Source of the DNA: an uncultured Clostridia bacterium
GTDB taxonomy: Bacteria > Bacillota > Clostridia > Christensenellales > Aristaeellaceae
Direction: 5' to 3'
DNA length: 64,000 nt
NCBI GenBank assembly: GCA_945948915.1
Contig: CAMFCQ010000001.1
Coordinates: 32,560 to 96,559, forward strand
Of this stretch, positions 47,882 to 56,415 are shown piece by piece. Numbering within the stretch: the stretch's first letter is position 1; each line of letters starts with the position of its first letter. A program made the position numbers and the translations under genes. A model generated the notes under the pieces. That model made no database searches and was not told where the DNA came from. It saw nothing but the letters and a program-made list of their open reading frames with translations.

Positions 47882-49687
47882 TTAGTCCTCCGGCTTCGCG
47901 CCGATGACCGCCTTGATGCGGCGCACGCCGGCGGAAGAGGACTCCTCCTTCTGGATCTTGAAGGAGACCAGCTCGCCGGTATGGCTGGCGTGCGGGCCGC
48001 CGCAGATCTCCTTGGAGTACTCGCCCATGGTGTACATGCGCACGCACTCGCCGTACTTGCTCTCGAACAGGCCGATCGCGCCCTCTGCCTTCGCGGCCTC
48101 GACGGTGGTCTCAGTCATCACAACCGGCACGTCCGCAGCGATCCACTCGTTGACCAGCGCCTCCACCTGCGCCAGCTCGTCCTTGGTCACCTTGCGGCCG
48201 AACTTGAAGTCGAAGCGCAGGCGCTCGGCCGTGATGTTGGAGCCCTTCTGCGCGACCTCGTCGCCCAGCACGCGGCGCAGCGCCGCCTGGAGCAGGTGGG
48301 TCGCGGTGTGCAGGCGCGCGGTCTGCGCGCTGTTATCGGCCAGGCCGCCCTTGAAGCGCTGCTCGGCGCCCACCTGGGACAGCTTCTGGTGCGCGGCGAA
48401 GTGATCGGCGAAGCCCTTCTCATCGACGGTGAGGCCCTGCTCAGCCGCCAGCTCGCGGGTCATCTCGATCGGGTAGCCATAGGTGTCATACAGGTGGAAC
48501 GCGTCCACACCGTCGATGACAGTCTTGCCGTCCAGGCGGGAGACGACCTTGGCAAACTCCTTCTCGCCCTGGCGCAGCGTGCGCGCGAAGCGGGTCTCCT
48601 CCAGCTTGAACTGCTCGAGCACGAATGCCTCGTTCTGCTTGAGCTCCGGATAGACCTCGGCGTACTGGTTGATGATGACCTGCGCGATCTCGCTGGTGAA
48701 GCCCTCGCCCATGCCGATGCCCATGCCGTAGCGCACGGCGCGGCGGATCAGGCGGCGCAGGACGTAGCCCTGGTCGACGTTGCTCGGGGACACGCCGCGC
48801 GGATCGCCCATGATGAAGGTAGCGGTGCGCAGGTGATCGGCGACGATGCGGAAGGCCTTGGTGGTCGCCGCGTCATCCTCATAGCCCTTGCCGGACAGCT
48901 CGGAGATCTTGGCGAGGATGCCGGTGAACGCGTCGGTCTCGTAGACGGACTTGCAGCCGTTCAGCGTACAGACGGTGCGCTCCAGGCCCATGCCGGTATC
49001 GACGTTCTTCTTCTCCATCGGGATGTACTGGCCCTCGGCGTTCTTGTTGTACTGCATGAACACGTCGTTCCAGATCTCCATGAAGCGGCCGCAGGAGCAG
49101 GCCGGGGAGCAGTCCGGGCCGCAGGGCTCCTGGTCGCGGATGATGAACATCTCGGTGTCCGGGCCGCACGGACCGGTCTGGCCCGCCGGGCCCCACCAGT
49201 TGTGCTTGCGGTTCAGGAAGTAGATGTTCTCCGGCTTGACGCCCTGCTCCATCCAGTAGCCGGCCGCCTCGTCGTCACGCGGGATATCGTCCTCGCCCTC
49301 AAAGACGGTGAAGGCCAGCTTGTCCTTGTCAAGGCCCAGGTACTCCGGGCTGGTCAGGAACTCCCAGGACCAGGCGATCATGTCCTTCTTGAAGTAATCG
49401 CCCAGGGACCAGTTGCCCAGCATCTCAAAGAAGGTCAGGTGGGAGGCATCGCCGACCTCGTCGATGTCGCCGGTGCGGATGCACTTCTGCACGTCGGTCA
49501 GGCGGGTACCGGCCGGGTGCTTGCTGCCCAGCAGGTACGGGACAAGCGGATGCATGCCCGCGGTGGTGAAGAGCACGGTCGGGTCATTCTCCGGAATGAC
49601 GGAAGCGCTGGGGATGACAGCGTGGCCCTTGCTCTTGAAGAAGTTCAGCCACATGCTGCGCAGCTCGCCGGAAGTCATTTTCTTCAT
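47882..49687 (-). CDS. alaS: Alanine--tRNA ligase, short form (601 aa; no C-Ala domain)
   Basis: The N-terminus is classic AlaRS: FFKSKGHAVIPSASVIPENDPTVLFTTAGM, KCIRTGDIDEVGD..HLTFFEMLGNWSLGDYFK, VDTGMGLER. The editing-domain metal motifs are present (HTATHLLQAAL and CGGPH). The protein ends shortly after GVRRIKAV. Canonical bacterial AlaRS is ~870-880 aa. Confidence 0.85.
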   Translation of the reverse strand: MKKMTSGELRSMWLNFFKSKGHAVIPSASVIPENDPTVLFTTAGMHPLVPYLLGSKHPAGTRLTDVQKCIRTGDIDEVGDASHLTFFEMLGNWSLGDYFKKDMIAWSWEFLTSPEYLGLDKDKLAFTVFEGEDDIPRDDEAAGYWMEQGVKPENIYFLNRKHNWWGPAGQTGPCGPDTEMFIIRDQEPCGPDCSPACSCGRFMEIWNDVFMQYNKNAEGQYIPMEKKNVDTGMGLERTVCTLNGCKSVYETDAFTGILAKISELSGKGYEDDAATTKAFRIVADHLRTATFIMGDPRGVSPSNVDQGYVLRRLIRRAVRYGMGIGMGEGFTSEIAQVIINQYAEVYPELKQNEAFVLEQFKLEETRFARTLRQGEKEFAKVVSRLDGKTVIDGVDAFHLYDTYGYPIEMTRELAAEQGLTVDEKGFADHFAAHQKLSQVGAEQRFKGGLADNSAQTARLHTATHLLQAALRRVLGDEVAQKGSNITAERLRFDFKFGRKVTKDELAQVEALVNEWIAADVPVVMTETTVEAAKAEGAIGLFESKYGECVRMYTMGEYSKEICGGPHASHTGELVSFKIQKEESSSAGVRRIKAVIGAKPED

Positions 49688-49955
49688 AGCTTGATTTCTC
49701 TCCTTAAAACAAAATCGGGAAAATAAAAAACGCCTGCCGTCCGGGGACGAACAGACGCGATTCGCGGTACCACTCCGGTTGACATGCCCTTGGGCACATC
49801 CTCTCTCGCCCTTAACGCAGGCATACGGCCGGCTCCTCGCCGGAAGCTTCCCGGAGGGCTGCGCTTCGGCTCCTGCCGCCGGGCTTGCACCCTCCCCGGC
49901 TCGCTATGACAGGCTCGTCCGATGCGCTCTTTCCGCATCATCGCTTTTCATATCG
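49688..49955 (-). promoter_or_regulatory. T-box leader (tRNA-sensing riboswitch) of alaS
   Basis: The reverse strand holds the T-box sequence GGAGTGGTACCGCG (49763-49776). It overlaps a terminator that ends in TTTTTTATTTT (49725-49760). Stem I elements are AGCGATGATG, AGCGAGCCGGGGAGGGTGCAAGCCCGG (distal loop motif) and a specifier-like GAA-GCG context. RBS AAGGAGAG precedes the ATG. Confidence 0.8.
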
Positions 49956-49961
49956 GAGAAC

Positions 49962-49990
49962 ATTATATTGAATTCAGCAGGGTTTGTCAA
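49962..49990 (-). promoter_or_regulatory. Consensus promoter of the alaS T-box leader
   Basis: Reverse strand reads TTGACA (49990-49985), a 17-nt spacer, then TATAAT (49967-49962). Confidence 0.75.
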
Positions 49991-50028
49991 GCCCTCATGC
50001 AGTCCTTTTGCAGCAGCCGGGGACGGAT

Positions 50029-50227
50029 GATACTACTCTCAAATAAAATCGGCCATGCAATAACCGGCCGTCAGGTAACGCTTCGCTCCCTGACTGCTTT
50101 TCTTTGATCGCTTCGCGATATGGAGACGTTGGGGGATTTCATCCCCCAAACCCCTAGCCTGGGGACCAGTCCCCAGACCCCTTCTTCGCTTCGCGCCTAT
50201 AGCTCGTTTCTATTTGAGAATAGTATG
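50029..50227 (+). repeat. Modular hairpin repeat, copy B (199 nt, terminal inverted repeats)
   Basis: GATACTACTCTCAAATAAAATC ... GTCAGGTAACGCTTCGCTCCCTGAC ... ACGTTGGGGGATTTCATCCCCCAAAC ... CTGGGGACCAGTCCCCAG ... CCCTTCTTCGCTTCGCG ... GCTCGTTTCTATTTGAGAATAGTATG. It has the same orientation and module order as copy A. Confidence 0.7.
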
Positions 50228-50233
50228 AGATCC

Positions 50234-50270
50234 AAAAGTTCAGGGCGGCGCGATTGCTCGCGCCGCCCTG
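50234..50270 (-). terminator. Terminator of the PG-binding wall protein gene
   Basis: Reverse strand has CAGGGCGGCGCG-AGCAAT-CGCGCCGCCCTG followed by AACTTTTGG. Confidence 0.65.
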
Positions 50271-50299
50271 TAAAAGAGGGGATGGGGATGGTCGGTTTA

Positions 50300-53224
50300 T
50301 TACGGATACGTGGTGGAAATATACACAGCCTGTTTGCCGTCGGCGTCCTTGATCTCTTCAAGCTTACCTTCGGCCTTTTCAATGATAGCCTGATGGTTTT
50401 CAGAAGGTTTAACAGAACCGCCATCGCCCGAGTGGATCGTGGAGCCCTTGAAGTGGATACAGAACTGACCATCGAAGCCGTTGCCGGAAATCGTGCTTTT
50501 GCCATGCGGGATCGCATAGATCGAGCCGACAAACTGCTCGCCGTTGCTGTTGGTCAGCACGACAGCCCTTCTCTGGTAACAGTTGTTCTTCTTCAGGTCG
50601 CTGCCCGTCGCGACGCCGTAGAGGCTGCAGAGCACCCTCGTATCGTTCTTCGTCCTCGGCTCCACGTCGGCATGGTTGCCGTGGGCGCCATTCTGGTGCT
50701 TCACCTCAAAGGTGCGGCCAGTCGCAATGTCCGTAACCGTCGCATACGTGCCGGAAACAATCTTGCTGCGATAGGTGAACCAGTCAACGCTGTAAATCTT
50801 GCCGTTGTACTTGGCCGTACCGGCGCCTTCCGCGTTCTTTTCGCTGACCTTCTGCATGATCTTGGCGATCGTCTTCGGGCCGGCCACGCCGTCCGCAGAG
50901 AGACCGTTGTCCTTCTGGAACTTTCTGACGGCCTCCTTCGTCAGGCTGCCGTAGCTGCCGCTGACCGTTCCGGAGTAATACTTCAGCGTCTTGAGGGACT
51001 CCTGAATCCACTCGACCATCGTGCCTGTATCGCCCTCACGATAGCTGTCGCCGGAGTAATCGCCGCTGGCCAGATATTCCTTGACCTCATCGTCGGTCAT
51101 CACGTGCAGATAGTCCTTGTGGATCCAGTAGCCGGACTGGATTCGATACCAGCTGCCGTCCTTGCCCGTGTAGAAGAACACGTCTCCCTTGTCGGCGGAG
51201 CCCATCTTTTCAGAGCTGGAGCTGGCCGTCTCGCGGATGCTGACGCTGTTGGCCGTGACGCGGATCATGCCCAGAATCTCAGCACCGGAAGCGTCCAGAT
51301 CCGTTCTGCCGCCCTTTTCTTCAAACTTGTCCTTGGAAACCTTGTCCAGCACCACGCCGCGGACATAACCATTGTAGATATTGCCGCTGGACTTCTTGTA
51401 CACCGAGATATTGTACCACGTCGTGCCGCCGACGTTGTACTTGCGGATCGCCTGAACCGGTGTATCCTTGTCCATCGTGGTCTTTGCCGCGGAGGACAGG
51501 GAGTACGTGGTGCGCAGGCGCACGCCGTCCTTGTTGATGAGGAAGTAGGAATCGCTTTCCGCCACGGAGGTGCTGGTGATGCTGCCCGAGCCGGAGCTGT
51601 CCGTGGAGCTGCTGCCCGTCTTGCTGCGCAGCAGGTTCAGCGTCTTCCGGCCCGCAATGCCGTCCACGGTCAGGCCGTTGTCATCCTGGAACTTGCGCAC
51701 AGCCGTCTTGGTGAGGCTGCCGAAGTTGCCGGTCAGGCTGCCGTAGTAGTAGCCCAGCGATTTGAGCATCGTCTGCAGCTCAAGCACCGCGGAACCGCTG
51801 CTGCCCTCGCGCAGGGAGGCCGTGCTGGACGAGCTGGAGCTGCCGCCCAGCGCCTTGGCGATCGCGTTGAGCGTCGTCGTGCCGGCAATGCCGTCCTGGG
51901 TGATGCCCTTCGCCTTCTGGAACTTCTTGACAGCAGCCTTGGTCAGAGAGCCGTAGTGGCCGCTGATGTCGCCGTAGTAATAGCCCAGCGCCGTCAGATC
52001 CTGCTGCAGCGCCGTCACCTTGTCGCCGGTGGAGCCGACCTTCAGTCCGGTCGTGCTGCTGCTGGTGGAGCCGCCCGCCGCGTCAATAGCGGCCTTGACC
52101 GCGCTGAGCGTCTTGCTGCCGGCCACGCCGTCCGCGTACAGGCCCTTGGCCTTCTGGAAATCCTTCACGGCGTCTTCGGTCTTATCGCCGAAGTTGCCGG
52201 TGATGCTGCCGTAGTAATAGCCCAGCTGCTTGAGATCGGTCTGCAGCTGCGTCACTGCGGAGCCCTGGCTGTTGAGCCTGAGGGTGGTGCCGCTGGCATA
52301 GCCGCCGGAGCTGCTGGTGCCGCCCTTGCGCTCAACCGCGGAGGCGATGGCGCTGAGCGTCTTGCTGCCGGCCACGCCGTCCGCCGTCAGGTTGTTCTTG
52401 GACTGGAAGTTCTTGACGGCCGCCTCGGTCTTGGAGCCGAAGTTGCCGGTGATCTCCGCCCAGTAATAGCCCAGCGTGGTCAGATCCTGCTGCAGATCGC
52501 GAACCTTGGTGCCGGTAGAACCCAGGCGCAGGCCGGAGCCGGAGGAGGAGGTGCTCGTCGAGCCGCCCTTGTCCGCATAAACTGCCTTCAGGCGCGCCAG
52601 GGTGTTCGGGCCTGCGACGCCGTCGGCCGTCAGGTCATATTCCTTCTGGAACTGCTTGATGGCCGCCTTGGTCTTTGTGCCGATGTTGCCGGTGATCTCT
52701 CCGGTGTAGTAGCCCAGCGCCTTGAGCATGGTCTGCACGCTCTTGACCGTCTCCTTGTCGCTGCTGCTCGCAGTGGATGTCGACGTCGTCATGCCGGCAT
52801 CGGCCTGCGCACTCTTGCGCTCGGAAGCAGAGAACGTGCCCACCTTCCTGCTGGGCAGATTGCCGCCCGTGACGGAGAAGGTCTTCTTTGCCTGCTCGGT
52901 GCTCAGGATCTTGACATAGGTGTTCTTGCCGTCGTTCTGGCAGATCCAGCCGACGTCGATGTCACCGTCGCTGTTGCGGTAGTTCACCTTCACAAAGGTG
53001 CTGCCGCTGCTGGTCTTGGAGCTGGTCACGTACACGCACGCGCCCTTGACAATGTTGTCAATGACGGTTCCGCTTGAAGAAGCGCTCGCGCGCACGCGGA
53101 CTCTGTCCTGCGTCTGGCCATAGACCTTGCTGTAGCTGGCGGCAAAAGCCGGCGTGGCAAAGACCGTGATCAGCACGCACAGAATCGCCAGCATAGCCAT
53201 GCACTTGGTGATCCTGTTTTTCAT
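50300..53224 (-). CDS. Secreted cell-wall protein with six PG_binding_1 modules, SH3b-like segments and an uncharacterised C-terminal domain
   Basis: Signal peptide MKNRITKCMAMLAILCVLITVFATPAFA. There are six copies of L-x-x-LGYY-x-G-x-I/L-TGNFG-x-x-T-x-x-AV-x-x-FQ-x-x-x-GL-x-x-DG-V/I-AG-x-x-TL separated by Ser/Gly/Thr linkers. ATG 53224 is preferred over the track start 53311. Confidence 0.8.
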   Translation of the reverse strand: MKNRITKCMAMLAILCVLITVFATPAFAASYSKVYGQTQDRVRVRASASSSGTVIDNIVKGACVYVTSSKTSSGSTFVKVNYRNSDGDIDVGWICQNDGKNTYVKILSTEQAKKTFSVTGGNLPSRKVGTFSASERKSAQADAGMTTSTSTASSSDKETVKSVQTMLKALGYYTGEITGNIGTKTKAAIKQFQKEYDLTADGVAGPNTLARLKAVYADKGGSTSTSSSGSGLRLGSTGTKVRDLQQDLTTLGYYWAEITGNFGSKTEAAVKNFQSKNNLTADGVAGSKTLSAIASAVERKGGTSSSGGYASGTTLRLNSQGSAVTQLQTDLKQLGYYYGSITGNFGDKTEDAVKDFQKAKGLYADGVAGSKTLSAVKAAIDAAGGSTSSSTTGLKVGSTGDKVTALQQDLTALGYYYGDISGHYGSLTKAAVKKFQKAKGITQDGIAGTTTLNAIAKALGGSSSSSSTASLREGSSGSAVLELQTMLKSLGYYYGSLTGNFGSLTKTAVRKFQDDNGLTVDGIAGRKTLNLLRSKTGSSSTDSSGSGSITSTSVAESDSYFLINKDGVRLRTTYSLSSAAKTTMDKDTPVQAIRKYNVGGTTWYNISVYKKSSGNIYNGYVRGVVLDKVSKDKFEEKGGRTDLDASGAEILGMIRVTANSVSIRETASSSSEKMGSADKGDVFFYTGKDGSWYRIQSGYWIHKDYLHVMTDDEVKEYLASGDYSGDSYREGDTGTMVEWIQESLKTLKYYSGTVSGSYGSLTKEAVRKFQKDNGLSADGVAGPKTIAKIMQKVSEKNAEGAGTAKYNGKIYSVDWFTYRSKIVSGTYATVTDIATGRTFEVKHQNGAHGNHADVEPRTKNDTRVLCSLYGVATGSDLKKNNCYQRRAVVLTNSNGEQFVGSIYAIPHGKSTISGNGFDGQFCIHFKGSTIHSGDGGSVKPSENHQAIIEKAEGKLEEIKDADGKQAVYISTTYP

Positions 53225-53353
53225 GTTGTCTATCCCCTCTTTCGTGTCCGCCTTCCCGGCAGACGGCTTGACAGACGGATATACCCGCCCATCCATATCA
53301 TCATGGAACAATTTTATTACAGAAATGTTAATTTGTCAACGGTAAAACCAGAG

Positions 53354-54316
53354 TTACTTTATGGATTCGTCATCCTTTTTCGTATTTTCTTCATATTCGT
53401 TGTGGCCTTCCGACAGTTTCAGCCGCTTTCTGGGCACAAAACCGGAGAAGACCGTGTCCCCGTCGCGGGATTCCACAGAGATCTTGCCGCCCAACCCGAT
53501 CACCGTCTGGCTGACGATGTACAGTCCCATGCCCTGCCCCGTCGCCTTGGTGGTGAAGCCCGGCTCGAAGATTTTGGCGCGCGTCTTCTCGGGGATGGCC
53601 GGGCCGTTGTTGCGCACGGAGAAGAACCAGCTGCGCAGATCCTCGCCCAGCACCAGCTCTACCGTCGGCATTTCGCCCTCGGGATGCTCAGCCGCGCAGG
53701 CCGCGTCCAGCGCGTTGTCAATCAGGTTGGCCAGCACGCGGCAGATTTCCCAGGCGGGCATCAGCTGATCGTCCCACTTGGCGGCGATGGAGAGCTTGAG
53801 CTGCGCGCCGCGCTCCCCCGCCTCGACCACCTTCGCCTGAATCAGCGCGTTGACCGCCGGGCAGGAGGTGCGCAGCATGCTGCTCACGCGCTGCATGTCG
53901 CCGTAGATTTTGTCCATGTAGGCGATCGCCTCGCCCGGCTCGTCCATTTCAATCAGGCTGTAGACAACCTGCAGGTGGTTCATGAAGTCATGCCGCTGGG
54001 CGCGCATCTCGCGGTTGAGGTCCTCCAGCTGGCCATAGGCCTCCTCCAGCTCCTGCGTCTTGTGCACAAGCTGCAGGCTGGTCAGCGCCGAGCCGATGTC
54101 CGTCACCGCGCCCCAGCCCACGATGGTCACGCACAGGAGCGTCGTCATGCGGGCAAGCGCAGCCTCCACGCCGACGCTGAGCATCCTGTTGACCAAGACG
54201 ATCATGGTCAGGCCCGCGACGATCTCCAGAACGTTGAAGATGATGGAAATCGCCGCCGCCTTCTTCACCTTGACATGGCCGGGCATATCGCCCTTTGCAG
54301 AAATCTTGAGCTTCAT
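53354..54316 (-). CDS. Orphan sensor histidine kinase (SpoOB/DcuS-type phosphoacceptor + GHKL ATPase)
   Basis: Two N-terminal TM segments, the H-box QRHDFMNHLQVVYSLIE, the N-box LANLIDNALDA, and G-boxes FEPGFTTK..GQGMGLY. No response regulator gene is adjacent. Confidence 0.7.
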   Translation of the reverse strand: MKLKISAKGDMPGHVKVKKAAAISIIFNVLEIVAGLTMIVLVNRMLSVGVEAALARMTTLLCVTIVGWGAVTDIGSALTSLQLVHKTQELEEAYGQLEDLNREMRAQRHDFMNHLQVVYSLIEMDEPGEAIAYMDKIYGDMQRVSSMLRTSCPAVNALIQAKVVEAGERGAQLKLSIAAKWDDQLMPAWEICRVLANLIDNALDAACAAEHPEGEMPTVELVLGEDLRSWFFSVRNNGPAIPEKTRAKIFEPGFTTKATGQGMGLYIVSQTVIGLGGKISVESRDGDTVFSGFVPRKRLKLSEGHNEYEENTKKDDESIK

Positions 54317-54484
54317 GAGTCCTCACTCCGGCCGCCTGAGCCGGTATCCAGAGATGTATATGCCGCGCCGAATGAAACCGGCATCGTTTTTCAATCCTTT
54401 TGCTCCGAGGCCGATGCCGGGCAGCACTACTAAATAACAAAATCCCATGCAGAGCCCCTCAAAAGCGCCGCACGGGATGGGAGA

Positions 54485-55393
54485 TTACTCGTGGAGGGAA
54501 GCCGGGTAGACGCCGCCGTCGTGCAGGGCCTTCAGAGAAGCCTGAACGTTGGGCTTGTCCTCCTTGTAGGTGACGCCGAACCACTGCGCGTCCGTGGTGA
54601 GCACGGACACCTTCAGCTCGTTCGCCTTCATGAGGTCGTCCACCATGCGCGGCAGCAGCGCTTCCGCCTTGATCGCGTCCGGAGCCAGACCCTTGAGGAA
54701 GTCGTTGAAGTACGCCTCCAGCTTGGTGAAGAACCACGGGGTGAAGCCCCAGAAGTTCATGCTGGCCGGCGCCTCGGGATCAAGCAGCTTGCCCGGTTCG
54801 CCCTCGTCGATATCACGAATCTCGCCGTTCTCGCACAGCTTGATCTTGAGCGTCTCCACGACCTCGGTCAGATAGCCGTTTGCGTCAGACTTGCACACGC
54901 CGCGGGAGACGGTGCCGTTCTTGGAGACGGTATTCTTGAGCATGTAGCCCACCATGCAGGCCTCGCCTTCGGGCTTCATGGTCTGCAGCCGGTCATACGC
55001 TGCCTTGAATGCGGATACGCCATAGTAGTCGTCCGCGTTGAGCACGCAGAACGGCTGATGGATGACGTCCTTGGCCACGAGCACAGCGTGCACGGTGCCG
55101 AACGGCTTCACGCGCTCGGCCGGGATCTTGTAGAAAGACGGAACACTGGAAAAATCCTGGAAAGCATAATCAACCTTGACCTTCTTGGCAATGCGGTCGC
55201 CGCAGATGCTGGCGATCAGGTCCTGCATGCCCGGCTTGATGACGAACACAACGTGATCGAATCCGGCGCGGATCGCGTCATAGATGGAGTACTCCATCAG
55301 GATCTCGCCGTTCGGGCCGAGACCATCCACCTGCTTGTTGCCGCCGTAACGCGAGCCCATGCCCGCAGCCATGATCAGAAGCGTAGCGCCCAT
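54485..55393 (-). CDS. Sugar-phosphate nucleotidyltransferase family protein
   Basis: ATG 55393 is preceded by GGAGGAGG. The N-terminus LLIMAAGMGSRYGGNKQ is the NTP-transferase G-x-G-x-R loop. Confidence 0.65.
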   Translation of the reverse strand: MGATLLIMAAGMGSRYGGNKQVDGLGPNGEILMEYSIYDAIRAGFDHVVFVIKPGMQDLIASICGDRIAKKVKVDYAFQDFSSVPSFYKIPAERVKPFGTVHAVLVAKDVIHQPFCVLNADDYYGVSAFKAAYDRLQTMKPEGEACMVGYMLKNTVSKNGTVSRGVCKSDANGYLTEVVETLKIKLCENGEIRDIDEGEPGKLLDPEAPASMNFWGFTPWFFTKLEAYFNDFLKGLAPDAIKAEALLPRMVDDLMKANELKVSVLTTDAQWFGVTYKEDKPNVQASLKALHDGGVYPASLHE

Positions 55394-55565
55394 GTGAATA
55401 TCCTCCTCCGTATGTAGAAGCTGTGGTTGTGCCTTCATTATACAGGATTTGGAATCGCGCTTCAAGGCAAATTTCCTTTTTTCACAAAAAGTTCGCCGCT
55501 CTTCACAGGCGTGCCGCTTTCGCGTATAATGGAGGCATCTTCAGCCCCAGAAGGAGGAAATTTCC

Positions 55566-56198
55566 ATGAAGGTTCTTCTTGTCAACGGCAGCCCGCACGC
55601 ACACGGCTGCACCTTCCGCGCACTTGCCGAAATCGAAAAAACGCTGTGCGAAGAGGGCATCGAGACCGAGATCTTCCAGCTCGGCGCAGACCCCATCCGC
55701 GGCTGCACCGGCTGCGGCGCCTGCTCCAAAGTGAAGCAGAACCGCTGTGTGCACGACGACGACGCGGTCAACCGCGTGCTTGAAAGGTGCGCGGACGCGG
55801 ACGGCTTCGTCTTCGGCTCCCCGGTGCACTACGCCGGCGCCTGCGGCGAGATCATCTGCCTGATGGACAGGATGTTCTACGCCGGCTCCCGCCTGCTGCG
55901 CGGCAAGCCCGCCGCGGCCATCGTCAGCGCACGCCGCGCCGGCACGACCGCCGCCATCGACCAGCTCAACAAGTACTTCACCATCTCCGGCATGCCCATT
56001 GTGCCCAGCCAATACTGGCCGATGGTGCACGGCAGCATGCCTGAGGACGTGGAGAAGGACGAGGAAGGTCTGCAGATCATGCGCCAGCTTGCCCGCAACA
56101 TGGCCTTCATGGTCAAAAGCTTCGCCCTCGCCCGCGAGCAGAGCATCCTGCCGCCCGCGCAGGAGAGCGAGAAGAAGCGGACGAACTTCATCCGCTGA
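55566..56198 (+). CDS. Flavodoxin-like NAD(P)H-dependent FMN reductase / iron-sulfur flavoprotein-like protein
   Basis: MKVLLVNGSPHAHGCT..., the Cys cluster CTGCGACSKVKQNRC, and a flavodoxin-like fold pattern. Confidence 0.7.
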   Translation: MKVLLVNGSPHAHGCTFRALAEIEKTLCEEGIETEIFQLGADPIRGCTGCGACSKVKQNRCVHDDDAVNRVLERCADADGFVFGSPVHYAGACGEIICLMDRMFYAGSRLLRGKPAAAIVSARRAGTTAAIDQLNKYFTISGMPIVPSQYWPMVHGSMPEDVEKDEEGLQIMRQLARNMAFMVKSFALAREQSILPPAQESEKKRTNFIR

Positions 56199-56222
56199 CG
56201 CTTTCTTCCAAGAACAATAGAC

Positions 56223-56263
56223 GCCGGAGAACGGGTTTTTCTTCCCGCTCTCCGGCGATTTTT
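56223..56263 (+). terminator. Terminator, left copy of a duplicated 41-nt sequence
   Basis: GCCGGAGAACGGG-TTTTTCTT-CCCGCTCTCCGGC followed by GATTTTT. It differs at 2 positions from the copy at 58101-58141 and has one stem mismatch. Confidence 0.8.
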
Positions 56264-56274
56264 CTTTAGCAAAC

Positions 56275-56304
56275 TTGAAAACAACACCTCTGCATAATAT
56301 AATG
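56275..56304 (+). promoter_or_regulatory. Promoter inside the AT-rich island
   Basis: TTGAAA (56275-56280), an 18-nt spacer, then TATAAT (56299-56304). Confidence 0.5.
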
Positions 56305-56366
56305 TATGTATCCATTTTGGGCTTTGTTGTCAAATGAGAAAGGAGACTTCCAAGATGATACCATTA

Positions 56367-56384
56367 CCCCCCCCCCAAAAAAAA
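56367..56384 (+). repeat. Homopolymeric C10 A8 tract between the RBS/ATG and the ORF body
   Basis: Read directly: CCATTA-CCCCCCCCCC-AAAAAAAA-TCACC. ATG 56355 (AAGGAG lies 9 nt upstream) is 61 nt from TTG 56416, so it is 1 nt out of frame. Confidence 0.8.
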
Positions 56385-56415
56385 TCACCTCCAAAAGAAA
56401 CTTCTTCATCTTCGT

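Noticed and set aside
49684-49941. 85-aa minus-strand ORF overlapping the alaS start.
   Set aside because: It lies entirely within the T-box leader, across the T-box sequence, terminator and stem I motifs. It has no RBS and a Pro/Arg/Gly-rich product.
47561-50227. CRISPR array or rRNA/tRNA fragments as an explanation for the repeated intergenic sequences.
   Set aside because: There are only two full copies, ~2.2 kb apart and separated by a complete gene. There is no short regular repeat-spacer periodicity, no cas genes and no cloverleaf. The elements are ~200 nt with internal hairpins and inverted ends.
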